Shown here: positions 62,377 to 64,000 of the stretch, piece after piece
Position numbering within the stretch: the stretch's first letter is position 1
How the letters are laid out: each line of letters begins with the position of its first letter
Notes under the pieces: generated by a model
What the model was told of the DNA's origin: nothing
Seen by the model: the letters and a program-made list of their open reading frames with translations, nothing else
Databases searched by the model: none
IMG/VR virus record: IMGVR_UViG_3300035696_000034
Span: 8,487-72,486 of that record
Length of the DNA stretch: 64,000 nt
Strand: one strand, 5' to 3'
DNA from: a virus
Taxonomy: Duplodnaviria; Caudoviricetes
Program-made: the position numbers and the translations under genes

Positions 62377-62841
62377 ATGACAACTAAAGAAGATCTTGTG
62401 AAAAGGGTTCTATTCAAAATAGTTTCCGAATCTACAGGTATTCCAACCAATAAAATAGCTTTTGAGTCCAAATTCGTACAGGATTTAGGGTATGACTCTA
62501 TCGATACACTGGAAACTGTAATGGCTCTAGAAGTCGGACTTAAAATAGAGATAGATGATAATCAAATCGAAAAATTGAAAACGGTAAAAGATGCTTATGA
62601 TTACCTGTTGACATGTCCGACAAATCCACAAGAGGAAATCCCGTCCGTTAAACAATTTTTTACCGGCACTCTCATAGATGATTATTTTGACGGATCTGGG
62701 TGCGCTGAGATAGACTGTGGAAACGACATAACTGTATCAATAAACAGATATGACAATCATATGAGTGATACTGTTTTTCCAGAAATACTGGAAAACTTTA
62801 AAGACAAAAAAGTCTTGATAACCATTGAGTTGGCCAAGTAG
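62377..62841 (+). CDS. acpP: acyl carrier protein with C-terminal extension
   Basis: F..DLGYDSIDTLE.VMALE..I.IDD..EKLKTVKDA.DY. Confidence 0.8.
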   Translation: MTTKEDLVKRVLFKIVSESTGIPTNKIAFESKFVQDLGYDSIDTLETVMALEVGLKIEIDDNQIEKLKTVKDAYDYLLTCPTNPQEEIPSVKQFFTGTLIDDYFDGSGCAEIDCGNDITVSINRYDNHMSDTVFPEILENFKDKKVLITIELAK

Positions 62842-62852
62842 GAGTAAAACAG

Positions 62853-63089
62853 ATGTTGTGCTGGTCTTGTATGATAAACAAAAACTATGCTTTTGAAATA
62901 TCCGGACTGCACAAAATCCGTAATTTCAGAGATGGGGTTACTGTTATAGATCCGTACATATCTCTGGATTTATATAAAGGTGACCATAATCCTAAGTTCA
63001 CGATATTACTTATATTTATGAATTTCAAGCTCATAGAGATAGGCGTATATAATATCCATCATCAAACAACGGATAAGGAAATCCTGTGA
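62853..63089 (+). CDS. hypothetical protein
   Basis: 78 aa, RBS. Confidence 0.5.
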   Translation: MLCWSCMINKNYAFEISGLHKIRNFRDGVTVIDPYISLDLYKGDHNPKFTILLIFMNFKLIEIGVYNIHHQTTDKEIL

Positions 63090-63370
63090 AACGATATCGT
63101 TTGAAAAAAGAACAGACTGTTTTTTTTCCTCTGCACTGGGGTGGAAATGGCTTTCCGACATCTGCTAAAGATCTTCTACCGGGCTATTCGGCCATAAGCA
63201 TAAAAAATATGACTCGATTTGACTGGTTTTACGGAGAAGAGGGGGGATGCGTTGATATTTTTTTAGAGAGAGGAGAACCTTGTATTGTTTTGCATATCCC
63301 ATATGTATTACCGTACGTAGAGTTTCTAGTTGCGGTTTCTAAAGATGCAGTAGAAGAGATCCCCGAATGA
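63086..63370 (+). CDS. hypothetical protein
   Basis: 94 aa, coupled. Confidence 0.5.
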   Translation: MKRYRLKKEQTVFFPLHWGGNGFPTSAKDLLPGYSAISIKNMTRFDWFYGEEGGCVDIFLERGEPCIVLHIPYVLPYVEFLVAVSKDAVEEIPE

Positions 63371-63533
63371 AAACAAAGCAAGAAATAAAAGAAGCAAAAG
63401 GATTTTGTGACGATGCACGTGGAAAGCACGATCCAAAATTGTGCCCTCTTTGGGGTAAGCCAGACTCAACGGTTCTGTACTGCGCTTATTGTAATTTCAC
63501 TACAACTCTAGCCTGGATATTAGAGGAAAACAA

Positions 63534-63881
63534 ATGAAAGTCTACAAACTGACGACACAAAACAACACTACATTCAACGGTTTTAAATGGATCCCTGGCA
63601 GATGGAAAAAGACGTCTGGTATAGGTCCATTATGCACTGAGGGTTGGTTACATGCTTATAGCGATCCCTTAGTTGCAGTTTTCATGAATTATATACATGC
63701 TTCTATAGATAATCCTAAACTATGGGAAGCTGAAGGAAATGGGGAATTCAAAGATGACAGGGGAACAAAATGTGGATTTTCAAGAATGAGAATAATAAAA
63801 AAGCTCCCTTTGCCAAAAATATCTCTGGAGGACAGAATAAAAATAGCCATAACTTTCGTTATCCTGTCCGGTTATTGCTGA
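63534..63881 (+). CDS. hypothetical phage protein, possibly truncated
   Basis: VYKLT..LCTEGWLHAY.DPL.AVF; C-terminus may be a junction. Confidence 0.55.
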   Translation: MKVYKLTTQNNTTFNGFKWIPGRWKKTSGIGPLCTEGWLHAYSDPLVAVFMNYIHASIDNPKLWEAEGNGEFKDDRGTKCGFSRMRIIKKLPLPKISLEDRIKIAITFVILSGYC

Positions 63882-64000
63882 CATAGCATCCGGACTTGCT
63901 TCGTCTCAACCTGATCCAGGTCCTTCTGATTTTGGATCTTCATCCTCAGGTTCGGATTTGGGATCATCGTCTTTTGATTAATAGAGCAGAGGATGAAAAA

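Noticed and set aside
1-64000. Alternative genetic code (TAG reassigned)
   Set aside because: Genes are intact under code 11, TAG ends many ORFs cleanly, and the longest ORFs have no in-frame TAG. Only this window could be assessed.

Overview
64-kb segment of a large (jumbo/huge-type) AT-rich dsDNA phage genome. It has dense small ORFs, 26 tRNA or tRNA-like genes, several homing endonucleases, two TnpB-like RNA-guided nucleases and auxiliary genes (sigma factor, HPr, Hsp20, CoaD-CoaE, Hpt, ACP, RNA ligase, PNK/P, CCA-adding enzyme). A minus-strand block at ~44-58 kb holds very large, probably virion-associated proteins. The main result concerns the two tRNA arrays. Each is preceded by a near-identical sigma70-type promoter, an unannotated short leader ORF and a mutually exclusive antiterminator/terminator pair. 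Each leader is built almost entirely from codons read by the tRNAs downstream of it: Met/Ile/Ser-AGY/Asp/Phe for array 1, and all six Leu codons, all four Ser-TCN codons, Thr, Ala, Cys, Trp, His and Tyr for array 2. This looks like ribosome-mediated attenuation that senses tRNA shortage codon by codon and switches on replacement phage tRNAs. Other notable items are a TnpB element carrying a synonymously recoded copy of its target gene's 3' end, an amber-suppressor tRNA in a standard-code genome, a D-armless tRNA-Trp, a tRNA-Leu with a hairpin inside its anticodon loop, five tRNAs with C33, and about eight unclassified structured RNAs. All calls were made by eye; no database searches or folding computations were run.
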